DNA of 64,000 nucleotides from Octopus sinensis (GCF_006345805.1 NC_043000.1:40734001-40798000); one strand, 5' to 3'; shown: positions 12,784-25,867, numbered from the stretch's first letter. Notes: generated from the sequence alone by a model not told the origin. Numbers and translations are program-made.

Positions 12784-13693
12784 ATGCTGACCAATTTAGC
12801 CATCTCATCAATAAATACACTTGTCATTTTTTAAATGTGAATGGTTTCAATAATTTTGTTCAGTCATGTGAAAAAAGTGAAAAGAAGAGCTGAAGAAGAA
12901 GCAGGAAGAATTTGCAAAGATCCCACTAATTTGCAATTATCCCACTGAGCGGGAAATATTCGTGTATTGATAAATCAAGTGATCAAGTTTGAATAGAAAT
13001 AAATATTTTGTCAAATTGTTCTTACCTTTTTTTCCTCTTCTCATTACGACCTACCTTTGATCGAATAAGACTATTTGGAACCGCCTAGTTCTAAGATATA
13101 ACAAGTATTCTTACTGGCGAGATTGCCAAACTCGCCAGCATATTATTTGCTTGATGATCTGAGGAATCAGCTTCCATAGGCGCAGGAAATGATCACTTAC
13201 AAAGTCCATAGAACTAGATCAATAATTGCTTACATTTTAATGGACACGAAGAAAGATTAGTTAAAATGTAGATATATGTGAATTGCTGAAACGATTGTAA
13301 ATAATGTATTAAAAAGGATATCGCAAAATTCTTTTTTTTCGATACTTGGATACTGTTGCTGATTAATCACAATTTCCGATGAAATCGCGTCATATAACAT
13401 GCGTTGGTACTGACGAAATTTTGCCTGCAGACGTAAACTCTAAACAACACTAAACGCCTGAACTAGACGATATCTCAGAACAACAACCGCAGTCTACAGC
13501 GTTCAAAAGAACGTATCCAAACCAAGTTGGATATACTAATTAATATTCATTATAAATGTTGCTTCCATCGTAAATAGCTAATACAAACACACACTCATAC
13601 ACACTCACTCACATAGAGACATGTATGCATGTATGTATATTCGTGTGTGTGTGTGTCTGTGTGTGTGTGGTGTGTGTATGTGTGTGTGTGGTA

Positions 13694-13733
<40 letters not shown>

Positions 13734-14097
13734 GTGTGTGTGTGTTAGCACTTTATTTGGAAAATATTTCAAAAACTTTGGCGAAAAAGAGGCGAAATAG
13801 CAAGAAGCCAAAACGAAACAACTGAAGTGACCCTCACAACGCCTCCAACTAACTCCTCGTTCAGGTGTACCAAATGTAACACAACCCACCTTTTTGGTGT
13901 TTATATAATTATCAATATTTTGTGGGTTCCGATTGATAAAATTGTGTTTGTTTTCCGGGATTCGTGGGAAAGAAAGTATGTTTGATAAAACTGCAGAAAA
14001 TGATTACTACAAAACACAATCGCGGGATGTTGATAAAATATGAACAGTGCTTATAAGTGTGTTTTAGCGCGCGCGCGTGTGTGTTTGTATGTGACTT

Positions 14098-14145
<48 letters not shown>

Positions 14146-14249
14146 ATATATATAATTATCTGCACACACGACACATACATATATAAATACATACATACGC
14201 GTGCGTGTTAGTATGTAGTTTATATATTCATATACATACATATATACTT

Positions 14250-14390
14250 GCCTGCATTCACACACACATACATACATACATACATACATACATACATACA
14301 TACATACATACATTCATACATACATACATACATACATACATACATACATACATACATACATACATACATACATACATACATACATACACA
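14250..14390 (+). repeat. (CATA)n microsatellite, representative of many (TA)n, (CA)n, (CTAT)n, (CATA)n tracts
   Basis: Direct reading. Confidence 0.95.
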
Positions 14391-15558
14391 GACACACATG
14401 CACACATGTATGTATAGCAGTAAGAATATATTCCTGCATATATAAATAAGAGATACGTAGGACACTTCAACAGTTGATCCTCGATAATCTACCGCTAAAC
14501 AACAACAATGAGACTTTCTAGTAAGTAAGATGGAATCTTTTAATCTTTCTTTCTCTTGACTTTCATCATATTTTCAAATCATCAACATCTGCTGTAGTTT
14601 GTTTTTTAAATTTTATTTTTATGCTGCTGTGTGTTAACCTTTGCTCTCTCCCAGTTCAGTAGCCCTACATTTGCTGAAAGCCATTCTAGCCATCATTAAT
14701 CTGCATATTTTTGTTTCAGGTATAGCACATATAGGACTACTTTTGTTGTTGGTCTTTGAAACGTGGACTGCCCTGATCCAGTATGATTATTTCAAGTTGT
14801 TTTTTTAGGTTTTTATGCATTATTACTGTTAAATCGCACTGGGAATTGATATTGCATTGTGAATGCTTTCCCAGTTGGCTACTAAATATATAGTTTATGG
14901 TAAAAATCATAAACCTTTTCTTAGATCTGTCATGACTTTTACATATATACATAGATTTATTTTGGACCCAAACACTTCAAGACATGAAGAATAAAATACG
15001 ACGTAAAAAAAAGCAATGGGACTGGATGCATTATGAACAGTCACTGAATGCTGTAAAAAAATGTTTTAACTCCACAAAACTGAAAATAGATGTTATATGC
15101 TATCTACGGTATAGAATATCCACATTTATCTAAAGTGAATTTATGTCTATTACGAATACTTGTTTAACATTTTATTTAAAATATAATCTTAAATAGAAGG
15201 TGACTTTATCATCACAATCTACCCTTCGTTTCAGATGTATGTATTGGCATGTATTGCGAGAAATAGCTAGGTTCCTTTCTATAACATTTTACATCGTTCA
15301 ACCTACACAAGTTAATAAGAGAAAAACAAAATAGGAATTTTGAAAGAAGTATCTATAAAACTAGTTTTTAAACATTCAATCGCTATGGGAGTCTACCAGA
15401 ATATAATAACAATCAAAGAGGTCCATAGATAAGAGAAATACACGAGTCTGTTCTCATAAATGAGACATTATCAAAATTGAATAGAAAATTTACGTAAGAG
15501 GTTGTAGATCTTCAACACCAATGTTACCAAGTGGGTTATATGCAGAATGCATATAACC

Positions 15559-16147
15559 CAGCTGTTCTCAAACTTTTTGTGTCCGGGACCCACTTTTCTT
15601 ACCCCCAATAATTCCGGGGCCCATTGGTATGAGGACCTAATTAGCACTATTGATTTAATATAAGTAACTAATTTTATGTTGCCTTGAAAAGATTAATGTA
15701 GAGAAAGACGTACAAATCCGGCATACTGAATAAATCCTTGTCCCTAAAGAGTTAAATTTTGTCTCTTTTATAGAAATTTCGAATTATTGCAACAGCAAGC
15801 ATGCGGCCCGGGTTTGAAACAAATTTAACCCCTCTTTCGTCCAACATACCCATTTATACTAATTTACCTAGACTCTTATTTAGTGGTTCTTGTAAGTGAT
15901 TATAACCTTTTTAGAGGTACCGAACGCTAATCACGCCCACCGATCACTAACCCAACCTTTATCCAATCCACCGACCAATTACCGAACCCCTTACATCGCA
16001 ACTTATACCAAAATGAATACCTAAATTTATGTCAGAAGACTTCTACCGAACCTATAAATTGGGCTCCTTATAAGCGCGACCTTATAACACACCTCAAAAA
16101 TTAGGGGGCCCACTAGTGGGCCCCAGGACCCACTTTCAGAACCACTA
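15559..16147. mobile_element. hAT (Charlie-like) MITE
   Basis: Termini CAGCTGTTCTCAAA and (rc) TAGTGGTTCTGAAA; exact 8-bp TSD ATATAACC at 15551-15558 and 16148-16155. Confidence 0.88.
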
Positions 16148-17385
16148 ATATAACCTATACAAATAAATACGTGTAAATATGAACAGTTTCATACACATCC
16201 ATACATATTCACGCACACGCGCGCGCATGCATACATGTAAGCATAGGAGGTACTGATAAGATAGAAGAAAGAATAACAGCAGGATACGAAGAAATCCATA
16301 AACATTAAATAATTTAGCTATGAAAAACTCCTATACACAACCATACAGGACTATACACATCCACGCGCGCAGGGACGGACACGGACAGGTACGCAATGCA
16401 TAAACACACACACACACATAGGGGAACAGAAGAACACACAACCACGTAAACTCTCACACCACGCATATGCATGTGCATACGCGAACACACACACTCACAC
16501 GTACACAGGAACACACTCACATGTACACAAGAGCATATACACACATACAAGAAGGCACATATACAAGAACGTACATACGCAAGCATACACAGAAATACAC
16601 ATACACACATACGCTGGAATACTCTTACGTAAGCAAACACTCGCACATTCACACACACACATACAAACATACACACTCACAAAACTGACTCAAACACACG
16701 AACACACACTCTAGACTACACAGTCGTGCGCGCACACACATACTCACACCCATGGACATGTGCGCGTGCAGATACCCATCTAAAGATCTACACTCTACAC
16801 CCATAAATCTTTACAGGGTGACAAGCGAATCCCAGTAGATCTGAGACCGAACTTGCTTTGAATAAAAGGCTAAACACTTAAGATGTTGGTTGGTTTATCA
16901 ACACACATGCATGCACACACACACAACACCAACACACAAACGCACACATACACACACTCACACATACAAGCAGTCAAACGGATGTACACACACAACCACA
17001 CACACACGAGTGCATGCCCGCCCCCTCTATCTACACACAGACTTTTCGTTTACTTTCAGCTTTACATCCTCTTTTAAGCAAATACACAAGCGAGTATGCA
17101 AGAACACAGGCATAAGGTCAATTATCAGACAAACTCACAGCAAACCCAGGAGAGAGAGGAGAAGTCTCTAAGTCACTAAAAAGGTCGGAAATGATGACGA
17201 AAAAACAACTGATTGGTTGTTTATCCAGCATTACAAACAAACAATCGATTAGTTAGCTGACCAGATGTTTAACCAATTGATTAACAATAACGAAGTGGCA
17301 TTGAACTAGTGTGAGTATTATTATTATTAGCGTAATGACCCACCCAAGACACAACACGATATATATATATATATAATAAGCAACT

Positions 17386-18084
17386 TGGTTTAAGCAACTT
17401 GTTGCAAAAAACCCTTATTATTATAATTATATAAATTTTTACCGAATATGGTTCTTTTCCATACCGAAATACTACTAGGTGAAATTTGTTGATTTTATTA
17501 AATTAATTATATTTCACCCTATATCTGTATTGACTATTTTTACTCCCCTACGGCAAAACTACGAACCTCTTTTTCGGCAATACTATTTTTGTGACTCACG
17601 TGGTAGAAGAATTTGGAGGGAGATACGAATTCGCTTGTCTATATAAATGTGAATATGCTAGTTGACTTTTGTATCTTTCGATGTCGCTTGATCGAAAATA
17701 TAAGAGGTAAGTTTTCCTAGCAATTCTAAATTTATGGGAAATATTATGTTGATAAGGAAATGAACCTTACGATTCTAATCCAGAAACGTACGTCCATAAT
17801 TAATCCGAAGACTGTGTGATTTCGTTGTTTTTCTTCTTTTTTTTTTGCCATATGTGAGTTACAAATATTGTTGTCTGTGGAAACTTATTTTTGTAGTAAG
17901 AGGAAATAGTAGTTCTTTGGCTGCTATTTATATTATTTTCGGTATGTGGTTTAAGCAACTTGTCGCAAAAAACCCTTATTATTATAGTTATATAAATTTT
18001 TACCGAATATGGTCCTTTTCCATACCGAAATACTACTGGGTGAAATTTGTTAATTTTATTAAATTAATTATATTTCACCCTATA

Positions 18085-18091
<7 letters not shown>
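17386..18091 (+). repeat. Partial tandem unit: 145-bp direct repeats (17386-17530, 17947-18091) bracketing 416 bp, flanked by (TA)n
   Basis: 5 mismatches in 145 bp by eye; (TA)n on both outer sides. Confidence 0.88.
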
Positions 18092-18152
<61 letters not shown>

Positions 18153-18419
18153 TTAATTACTGGCGAAGGTTGGTTTATAGCGTTACCCTGGAATTTCTCG
18201 CCATAAAGAGTACCTTTCTGACGTATTTTCAGACCCTAACACCTGTTGGCATATGGCATCTTTAAAATATGGAGTGGGAAACGATACAGATGTAAACAAT
18301 GGGGATTATCTCCCTTTGGTGCTGGTCATTGGCTTCCGGCTATGTCGTCCTCCTTCAGTCACGCTACATGTCGGCTAGGAGGGTAAAAGGTAGGGTACTC
18401 TCATCAGCAGTCAATTTCC

Positions 18420-18835
18420 CGCTGTGGTGTAATTATCGCTAATACTGCTATTATCATTATCATGTGGGTCCAAAAGCGCTAATAGGAATCTCCTGAAATG
18501 CAAGCAGGGATCGAAAATCTCCGTTCTGGAGTTCGGTATGGTCCCTGGTACGTGCGAGTTTTTCAGGATTTTCATGCGTTCGGTTAGGCATAGCTTGCAG
18601 CGTTTCGTTACATTTTTGTATAGACTCGAGCGGTGGAGGATTTTCCATGATATCGAGTATGGGACTCCATCTTCATTCAGTTGCTAGATATGGCTGGCTA
18701 GCGATGTTACATATCTCATTTCCGGGACTCTGAAGGAGGATCTATTGCTGGAAAGACGTTTCTTAATGGAAATTCCTGTGCATCCAATGTATTTCCTTGG
18801 ATGTGTGGAGTCGGTGTCATGCCTACTAGTTACCG
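18420..18835 (-). pseudogene. Penelope-like GIY-YIG endonuclease fragment
   Basis: KYIGCTGISIKKRLSSNRSSF...TSLASHI*QLNEDGVPYSISWKIL...KRCKLCLTERMKIL...NSRTEIFDPCLH matches the PLE GIY-YIG C-terminal pattern; one in-frame stop where Trp is expected. Confidence 0.82.
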
Positions 18836-19042
18836 ATATTGTCGGTGCCGCTATTGATGTTGCTGCTGGTGCTACAAATGGTGTTGATTCTAGTGGTGCT
18901 GCAGCTGGGGCTGTTGGTGGTGCCACTGGAGATTGCGGTTGCTTCGGTAGTCTTACTGCCCCCGCGTATGTTGCCGGTAGTACCTGTGTTGGTGTTATTA
19001 AGCCTGCCGATGCTGGTGTTGCTACCGTTGTTGCTGCTGCTG

Positions 19043-19419
19043 ATTGTTTGTTTGTTTGTTGAGCGAAGCGGTCTTCGTCCCAGAGTGGGAGAAGTCCGAA
19101 ACGTGGTCCTTTGCTATTCGTAGGACCCGCAGAAGAGAAAGCAGGTCAACTCCCGACACTGAGAGCATCGACGGATGGATGAATGTGCATCCAGGCTCAG
19201 CGGTTGCTTAGGAAGTCGGGGATAAGAAACAGAAGAAAGAGTGAGTGAAAGTTGGAGCGAAAGAGTACAACAGGGGTCGCTACCACCCCCTGCCGGAGTC
19301 TCGTGGAGCTTTAGGTGTTTTCGCTCAATAAACACGCACAACGCCCGGTCTGGGAATCGAAACTGCTATCATCCGACCGCGAGTCCGCTGCCCTAACCAC
19401 TGGGCCATTGCGCCTCCAC
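19043..19419 (-). mobile_element. tRNA-derived SINE with (CAAA)n tail
   Basis: A box TGGCCCAGTGG, B box GTTTCGATTCC, (CAAA)n tail; 12-bp TSD TTGCTGCT(G/T)CTG at 19031-19042 and 19420-19431. Confidence 0.88.
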
Positions 19420-20655
19420 TTGCTGCTTCTGTTACCGCTGACGATGTTGTTGCTACCGCTGTCTTTGTCGTTGCCGGTGCTGCCGACGATGATACTATTG
19501 AGGCTGACCAATTTGCTGATGTTGTTGCTGGTGCTGTCATCGACGATGATGTTGCTGAGGCCATAAATGTAACGAAACGCTGCTATGACTGAAGGAGGAC
19601 GACACAGCCGGAAGCCGATGGCCAGTACCAAAGAGGGATAATACTCATTGCTTATATCTATATCGCTTCCCTTTCCATATTTTAAAGAGGCCATATGCCA
19701 ACAGGCCTTAGGGTCTGAAGATACGCCATAAAGGTACCCTTTATGGCGAGACATCCAGGGTAACCATATAAACCAGCTTCATCAGTAATTAATACAGATT
19801 GCTCTACTTCCTAGGGTGTGCTTCTCCGGATTTCTAAAAAAACTATCTCATATATATGGGGGGGGGGATCAGAGGCGACTCCAGGTCAACAGCGTCACTC
19901 GGGCTCATCACAGATGTCGCATAAGATATATGCCTTCTCGAAGAATTTCATGTTTTTTCCACTTTCTTTCTAGCCTCAAATTGCTTGTTTTTTTTATATC
20001 AACCACTGTGTCTGTCTCCATTTCTAAGTTAAGGGTTAAAATAAGGCAGCCCTGCAAAACATAGCTGATCTTTGCACACAGACGCACAGAATCTGTTCTA
20101 CTCTAGGCAGGAGGCCCGAAATTTTGGGGTCATATTTAAATTTAATTTTATATTTATCTATTTGTTTCCTAATTATAATATATTCTATATGATATATTCA
20201 TAAATATTCAAAATCTACCAATCAAATAAAATCTCAATACGTAGCTTTTAACTTTTAACCTGCCAATATTATACACTTCCCTCAAAAGTTGCGTTACCTC
20301 TTTTTGAACCATGACGAAGTCCTACCACATATACCGTGAATATGGCAACTTCCTTAGCATTAAGCGATATGCTTGTAGATTCCCATCAGCTCGGTGTTAC
20401 AACTGAAACATAGATGTAGGTTCTCTTTTCTATTTTCATTTTAATTTATTTTTCTTCCATCTTTCAATTTCCAATCAATTTGTTTATATATGTTTTTTCA
20501 AAAAAAAAAAAACGCTATCTTTTTATAACATGCAAATAAACCAGTAATTACATCTATATATTCTCCATTTTCTTCTCCTTATTTTCCCTATACATATGTG
20601 TGTATGTGTAGATGGATAGATAGATACACATACATACATATATATATACATACAG

Positions 20656-20723
<68 letters not shown>

Positions 20724-21090
20724 TTACAGTTGTCTTTTTACTTGTGTTGGTCACTGCTTACTGCCAGTTCGATTCCTGTGATTGCTTTGATGTACAGCAA
20801 ACACTTACCAAAATAAAAGAAATTCTAGAGAATGGAATTGGGGATAAACTTAAAAAGTTCTTCAAACTCAAGTTGATCCTTTTCCCGGAAAGTGGGAAGG
20901 TATGTAAAATGTCTTGTTTATCTCTCTCCCTGAATGGGCTATTGATCAAAAATCCTAAATCTCATATGTAACAAACGTTTTGTTTCGGTACTGCTGTGTA
21001 CGATTGAACATATCTAATTATTCATCAGCCAATACTTTGTGTTATGACAATTGCAACCAACACGTTTATACAATATTCTTGTGGATATAA

Positions 21091-21481
21091 GGCGGCGAGC
21101 TGGCAGAAACGTTGGCACGCCAGGCGTAATGCGTAGCCGTATTTCGTCTGCCGTTACGTTCTGAGTTCAAATTCCGCCGAGGTCAACTTTACCTTTCATC
21201 CTTTTGGAGTCGATAAATTAAGTACCAGTTACGTACTGGGGTCGATGTAATCGACTTAATCCGTTTGTCTGTCCTTGTTTGTCCCTTCTGTGTTTAGTAG
21301 TAAAAAAATAGAAATAGGTATTTCGTCTGTCTTTACGTTCTGAGTTTAAATTCCGCCGAGGTTAACTTTGCCTTTCATCCTTTCGGGGTCGCTAAATTAA
21401 GTATCAGTTGCGTACTGGGATCGATCTAACCGACTGGCCCCCTCCCCAGAAATTTCGGGCCTTGAGCCTAGAGTAGAAAAG
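21091..21481 (+). mobile_element. Dimeric tRNA-derived SINE (GGCGGCGAGCTGGCAGAA family: full unit plus 5'-truncated second unit)
   Basis: B box GAGTTCAAATTCC in the first unit, GAGTTTAAATTCC in the second; 19-bp TSD AATATTCT(T/G)GTGGATATAA at 21072-21090 and 21482-21500. Confidence 0.88.
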
Positions 21482-24400
21482 AATATTCTGGTGGATATAA
21501 AAACAAACAGCAATTATACATGCTTGATTTAATTTGTGTGGGTTATAAACAATTGTCAGATAGAGGGGGTATGCGCTTCCTGGTGAAGATTCCAATACAC
21601 ATGTTCAACTCTCTCTCTCTCTCTCTCTATCTCCCTTACTCTCTCTATCTCTCTTACTCTCTCTCTCTCTTTCTATCTCTCTTACTCTCTCTCTCTCTCT
21701 CTCTCTCTTTCTTTCTATCTCTCAATCTAACTATCTGTCTACGATCATATTGTGAAGATATTTACATTCATCGTAACATAGTTTTGAATAATAAATTTAT
21801 GGACATATTCTCTAATACATTACAACAATAATACTGAAATTTAATCTATACCTTGATTCAACCATGATACTAACGACAAAATTAGTCCTTCATATAAGTT
21901 AAGAATTTGTTGTTGTTGTTGTTGTTGTTGTTGTTGCTGTTATTGTTATTCTTTAGCCTAAGAATAGTAACAGCAAAAAGTAATTAGATAAAATTTGAAT
22001 AAATGGTAAAGGTTGAGATGGTAAATAATTATGATGTGAATAAAGTACAGAATTCACGAAGATTGAATTCTGTACTTTATACAGAAGAGAACAAATGATC
22101 AAGCGACAGAATGTAAAGATCCAGTATGGAAGACTTAGCCTTAGATACTGTTTGAACTTTCAAATGCATTTCCAAAGAACTGTTCCAATTTTCATATATT
22201 CGGATTACTAAGTGCTTTAGTGTGGCTGTCGTATTCATTTTAAATGTTGTAGGAGTTGAATCTTTCTCTATATATATTTCTGGAATTGTTAGTGGTAACA
22301 GGAGATTGAAAAGAAAGTCTTTTCTGATTTCAAGACGGAAAACAAATACTTACTCTGTCTTAATTGCAGCTTCTTCTTTTGCAATGCTTCTAATTGACGA
22401 TACTACATCGCATTAACTATCTTTCCTCCAGAGTGTCAAACCACAATACAAGCTATATTATCCTGTACCAGTCCTCTTTAGTAATAAAACCCATTTCTCT
22501 TGGGCCTGTTCCTTTTTGATGTATTGCATATCAATTTTGAAATTACACGAAAATATATCAAGTAAAACATAAAGAGGGGATTTTCTTCGATCACAAAATT
22601 AAAATTATCAATAAACAGAATGTCAAAAGCTTTACACATCATAGACACCTACAAAAGAACAACTTCAAACAAATCATAGCACCACAAAAAAATATATATC
22701 CAAATATATTTTGAAACAAATAGTACTATATAAACCATGCAATAGGTCATTTTCGTTTAAAGAAAAATGCTTAGATATATCCGGCATATTGGCTACAAAG
22801 TTACCTTTACGCGTGCACGTCTGTGTGTATGTGTGTGTACGTCTGTGCATGTGTATGCGTCTGTGTTTGTATGTGCGTCTGTGCGTGTGTGTGCGTGTGC
22901 CCGTCTGTACGTGTATGCTCGTCTGTGCGTGCGTGTGTGCGCACGCGCGTGTTTGCACATGTGTATGAGTGCATGAGTTTGTATACAGTAACAATTTTCA
23001 ACATATCTTCCTTACTATTTCTATCCAAGTTTGAAATCGATGGAACACCGCTGGTAATTACCTTCTTTGCAGACAACTGTGAACTGAAGATTATTGGAAA
23101 ACGAAGTCCATGTAAGTCTTATTTGGTTTATTGCGAATTATTAGATACACATGTAATTTTATAATTGATAACATGCAAGAGATATCATTTGATGCAGTTC
23201 TGTCTACATCTCCCTATCTAACTATTTCTCTCTCCGCTACACAAATACACAACCGCACGCCCACGCACAAACACACACACACACACACACACTGACACAA
23301 ACACTAATTTGCACACACTCACTGACACGCACTGACACGCACGCACACAGATTGACACCCAGAATACAAACTAAATCAGAATACCTGAAATATATGTTGT
23401 ACTCAATTGCATTTATTTATCCAAAAGCCTTAGCTTTAGCGTTTAAAAAAGATATTGAAACCTACTTGCTTTTCTAAAGCAAGCAGCGAAAAGTACTGGG
23501 AATCTTCTTATGGATATATTTCGGAATGATTGGCCCTCTTCAGAAGTGTACTAAGATTCGTTGGCTACCTAGAGAACTTTGAATCGAAATCGCTATCACA
23601 GTAACTTTCAAAAGTATAACATTAACAGTCGTTTTGATTTGCACGTTGCTCCGGTCATTTCACCTGAAAATGAGTATAAGGCCAATTGTAGAGAAGAGCC
23701 CTCTTCATCCAATTGTCTCATCTAGAGTCAAGTTGAAAGGGCCGAAAATGTGTGTAAATCTCCTCGTGATTACATAGGCAGCTAAAACAGTTAGCGAAAC
23801 CATAATACATGTTAACATGTCGTGCTCACTTTTGAATGGCAGCGAAGGTTTACGACTATAAATATATGGTGGAAACATATATTCTGTATGTATGCTAAAC
23901 CACAGCTGCCAGCCTATACATATTTTATTTTAGTTTGTGTTCTTTGATTCATTGGAGAGCTGAAACATCGCTTTCAGTGTAAAATGTTTTTCCTTCGTAT
24001 CGTCTCTATTCACATATTATGGGCCAAATATTTTTGTTAGCTTTGTTAATATATGTGAGATTTTTAGATAATGGAGCTAAGAACTAGGAGCTATTCTCTG
24101 CTTTGGTTGAGGCGTATTGGATGAAGACGGCTGACGCAACAAACTAGTGTAAAATGCTTCTCCATATCTTTTGAAGTCCTCAGAAATGTTTGATCAGTTT
24201 ACATTTCGTGAAGCAGTTGTATATTTGAGGGCATCCAAATACCCAGGTAAACGAAAGAGTTTTGAATTATCTTCACGTCTTGGATATGGTTCATTCGTTG
24301 TGGTTCCTTTTACGTAATAGAGAGGATGGTATCACGAAAATGAAAGACGTGATATTCGTATTCTTCCAACTGTAATGCGCATCTATCTGTTGGCGCGCAT

Positions 24401-24629
24401 AATTGTCGTCTGTTTTGACCACCTGCATTGTTATAGGAGAATGCCATGCAGCATCTGTTCCAGTTCACTGGATTCTGAAGGCACCGTCCATATGACACCA
24501 CTGCTGCTAAATAGCTTCGATGGCGAGGAAAGGGGAGACTTGCATTCATCGGCATCTGCTAGATCTTTGTAAAAGAAAAATAATTAATTTCTGCATTAAG
24601 GTGCAATTTTCTAACTGCAGATACTCCGA

Positions 24630-24901
24630 CTATGTAGTCCTATATTGAAGAGATGAGGAATTATGTACATTATTTACATTTTTACATTCGACGTATAACT
24701 GTCCTCAACTTGTTTGTTGTTAACACAACGTTTCGGCAGATATACCCTCAAGCCTTCTTCAGATGTCTTGGGGAAATTTCGAACCTGGGTTCTCATTCCT
24801 AAGGTATTATCATTATTATTATTGTTCAGGTCATTTATTGGAATCGAGTTCGGAATCTTGGGGTTAGTAGCCCGCGCTCTTAACTACTACGCTATATGCC
24901 C
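24630..24901 (-). mobile_element. tRNA-headed SINE carrying a hammerhead motif in its 3' half
   Basis: Head GGGCATATAGCGTAGTAGTTAAGAGCGCGGGCTACTAACCCCAAGATTCCGAACTCGATTCC with A/B-box-like elements, (AAT)n linker, then CTGAAGA...GAAAC core. 3' boundary approximate. Confidence 0.75.
24722..24767 (-). ncRNA. Minimal type-I hammerhead ribozyme motif
   Basis: GACAU-CUGAAGA-A-GGC(uugaggguauaucu)GCC-GAAA-CG-U-U-GUGUU: 5-bp stem I, 3-bp stem II, palindromic ACGU stem III, GUU site. Confidence 0.72.
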
Positions 24902-25597
24902 GTGGACAATTATGGAGTGAATTTTAGGCCTTATAGGTCTAAAAGTTTTCTATCCTTCCTTAATACTGGTTCCCATATGCTGCTCATATCTGCACTCGCT
25001 CTGCTTAGGAGGTTGTTGAGCTGCTTCTTTTATTTCTTGTATTTTCCAGTGGTGTTCTCTGTCTATTATTTTAATTTCTCCCTTCGTTGTGGTTGGTGTA
25101 ATGTAACTGAGACTGAAGGCAGCGACTAATAAAGGGGAAAGGGTGAGGTCGAGGTATTTGGAAATGTGTTCTGTGGGGCATTTACAGGTGGAAACTATGG
25201 AGCGGCCGGGGTTATTGAATTTGTGAACTGATTCCTATATTCGTTGTTTTTTGAGAATCACTTACTTGCAACTGTTATACGTATATGTATATGTGCATGC
25301 ATATCTAAACATATATAACATTTTGTCAACTTTCAGTTGAAATGAGATGTCCAGCTGATGTGACTGAAATCACTACACTAACTAGACGTCATTGTGTAAA
25401 GTCAAGTCCGAAAAGCGCCGTGGAGTGTGCTACCAAATTGGTACTCGAAGAAATACAGAAGAATATTGAAACTGGCAAAAATCCCCGGCGTATAACATAG
25501 ATTCACACACACGAAGTGTTATATATATATATATATAATTTTTTAGAAAAACATAAATCCGGAGAAGAAGCACACTTTAAGAAGTAGAGCAGTCTAT

Positions 25598-25815
25598 ATT
25601 AATTACGGGTGCAGGTCGGTTTATAGGCTTATCTTGGGTTTATCGGGTTACCCTGGAGATAATTCCCATTGATTATATCCGTATCGTTTCCCTCTCCATA
25701 CTTTAAAGAGACCATGGGCCAACAGGTTTTAGAGTCAGAAGATACGCTATAAAGGTACTCTTTATGGCAAGAAACTCAAGATAACCCTATAAACCGGCCT
25801 ACACCAGTAATTAAT
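25598..25815. mobile_element. 218-bp MITE, internal-deletion derivative of the 18152-19793 element
   Basis: TIRs ATTAATTACGGGTGCAGGTCGGTTTATAGG and (rc) ATTAATTACTGGTGTAGGCCGGTTTATAGG; the interior matches the 19620-19793 arm. Confidence 0.85.
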
Positions 25816-25824
25816 ATATATATA

Positions 25825-25867
<43 letters not shown>

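Larger units (their letters stand above)
18152..19793. mobile_element. 1.64 kb element with ~210 bp terminal inverted repeats (18152-18361, 19586-19793)
   Basis: Both arms start ATTAATTACTG and are reverse-complementary with scattered substitutions; a 218-bp deletion derivative is at 25598-25815. Confidence 0.8.

Noticed and set aside
13168-13200. CTGAGGA...GAAA motif
   Set aside because: No stem I, stem II or palindromic stem III; chance match.
14720-14810. Possible hydrophobic exon GIAHIGLLLLLVFETWTALIQ after ttgtttcAG
   Set aside because: No recognisable TMTC motif (no KT..RN.DW), and phase cannot be linked to any other exon.
19340-19419. tRNA gene (also 24839-24901 and other heads)
   Set aside because: Only A/B boxes are retained, no complete cloverleaf, and each continues into a SINE body.
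22100-22500. Stop-riddled minus-strand reading with FLxxLLLP, loosely echoed at 59330-59760
   Set aside because: Similarity too short to assign; possibly very old TE coding debris.
23400-24600. Non-repetitive segment that may be a decayed LINE RT (SSELEQML...TTIM)
   Set aside because: No catalytic motif recoverable by eye.
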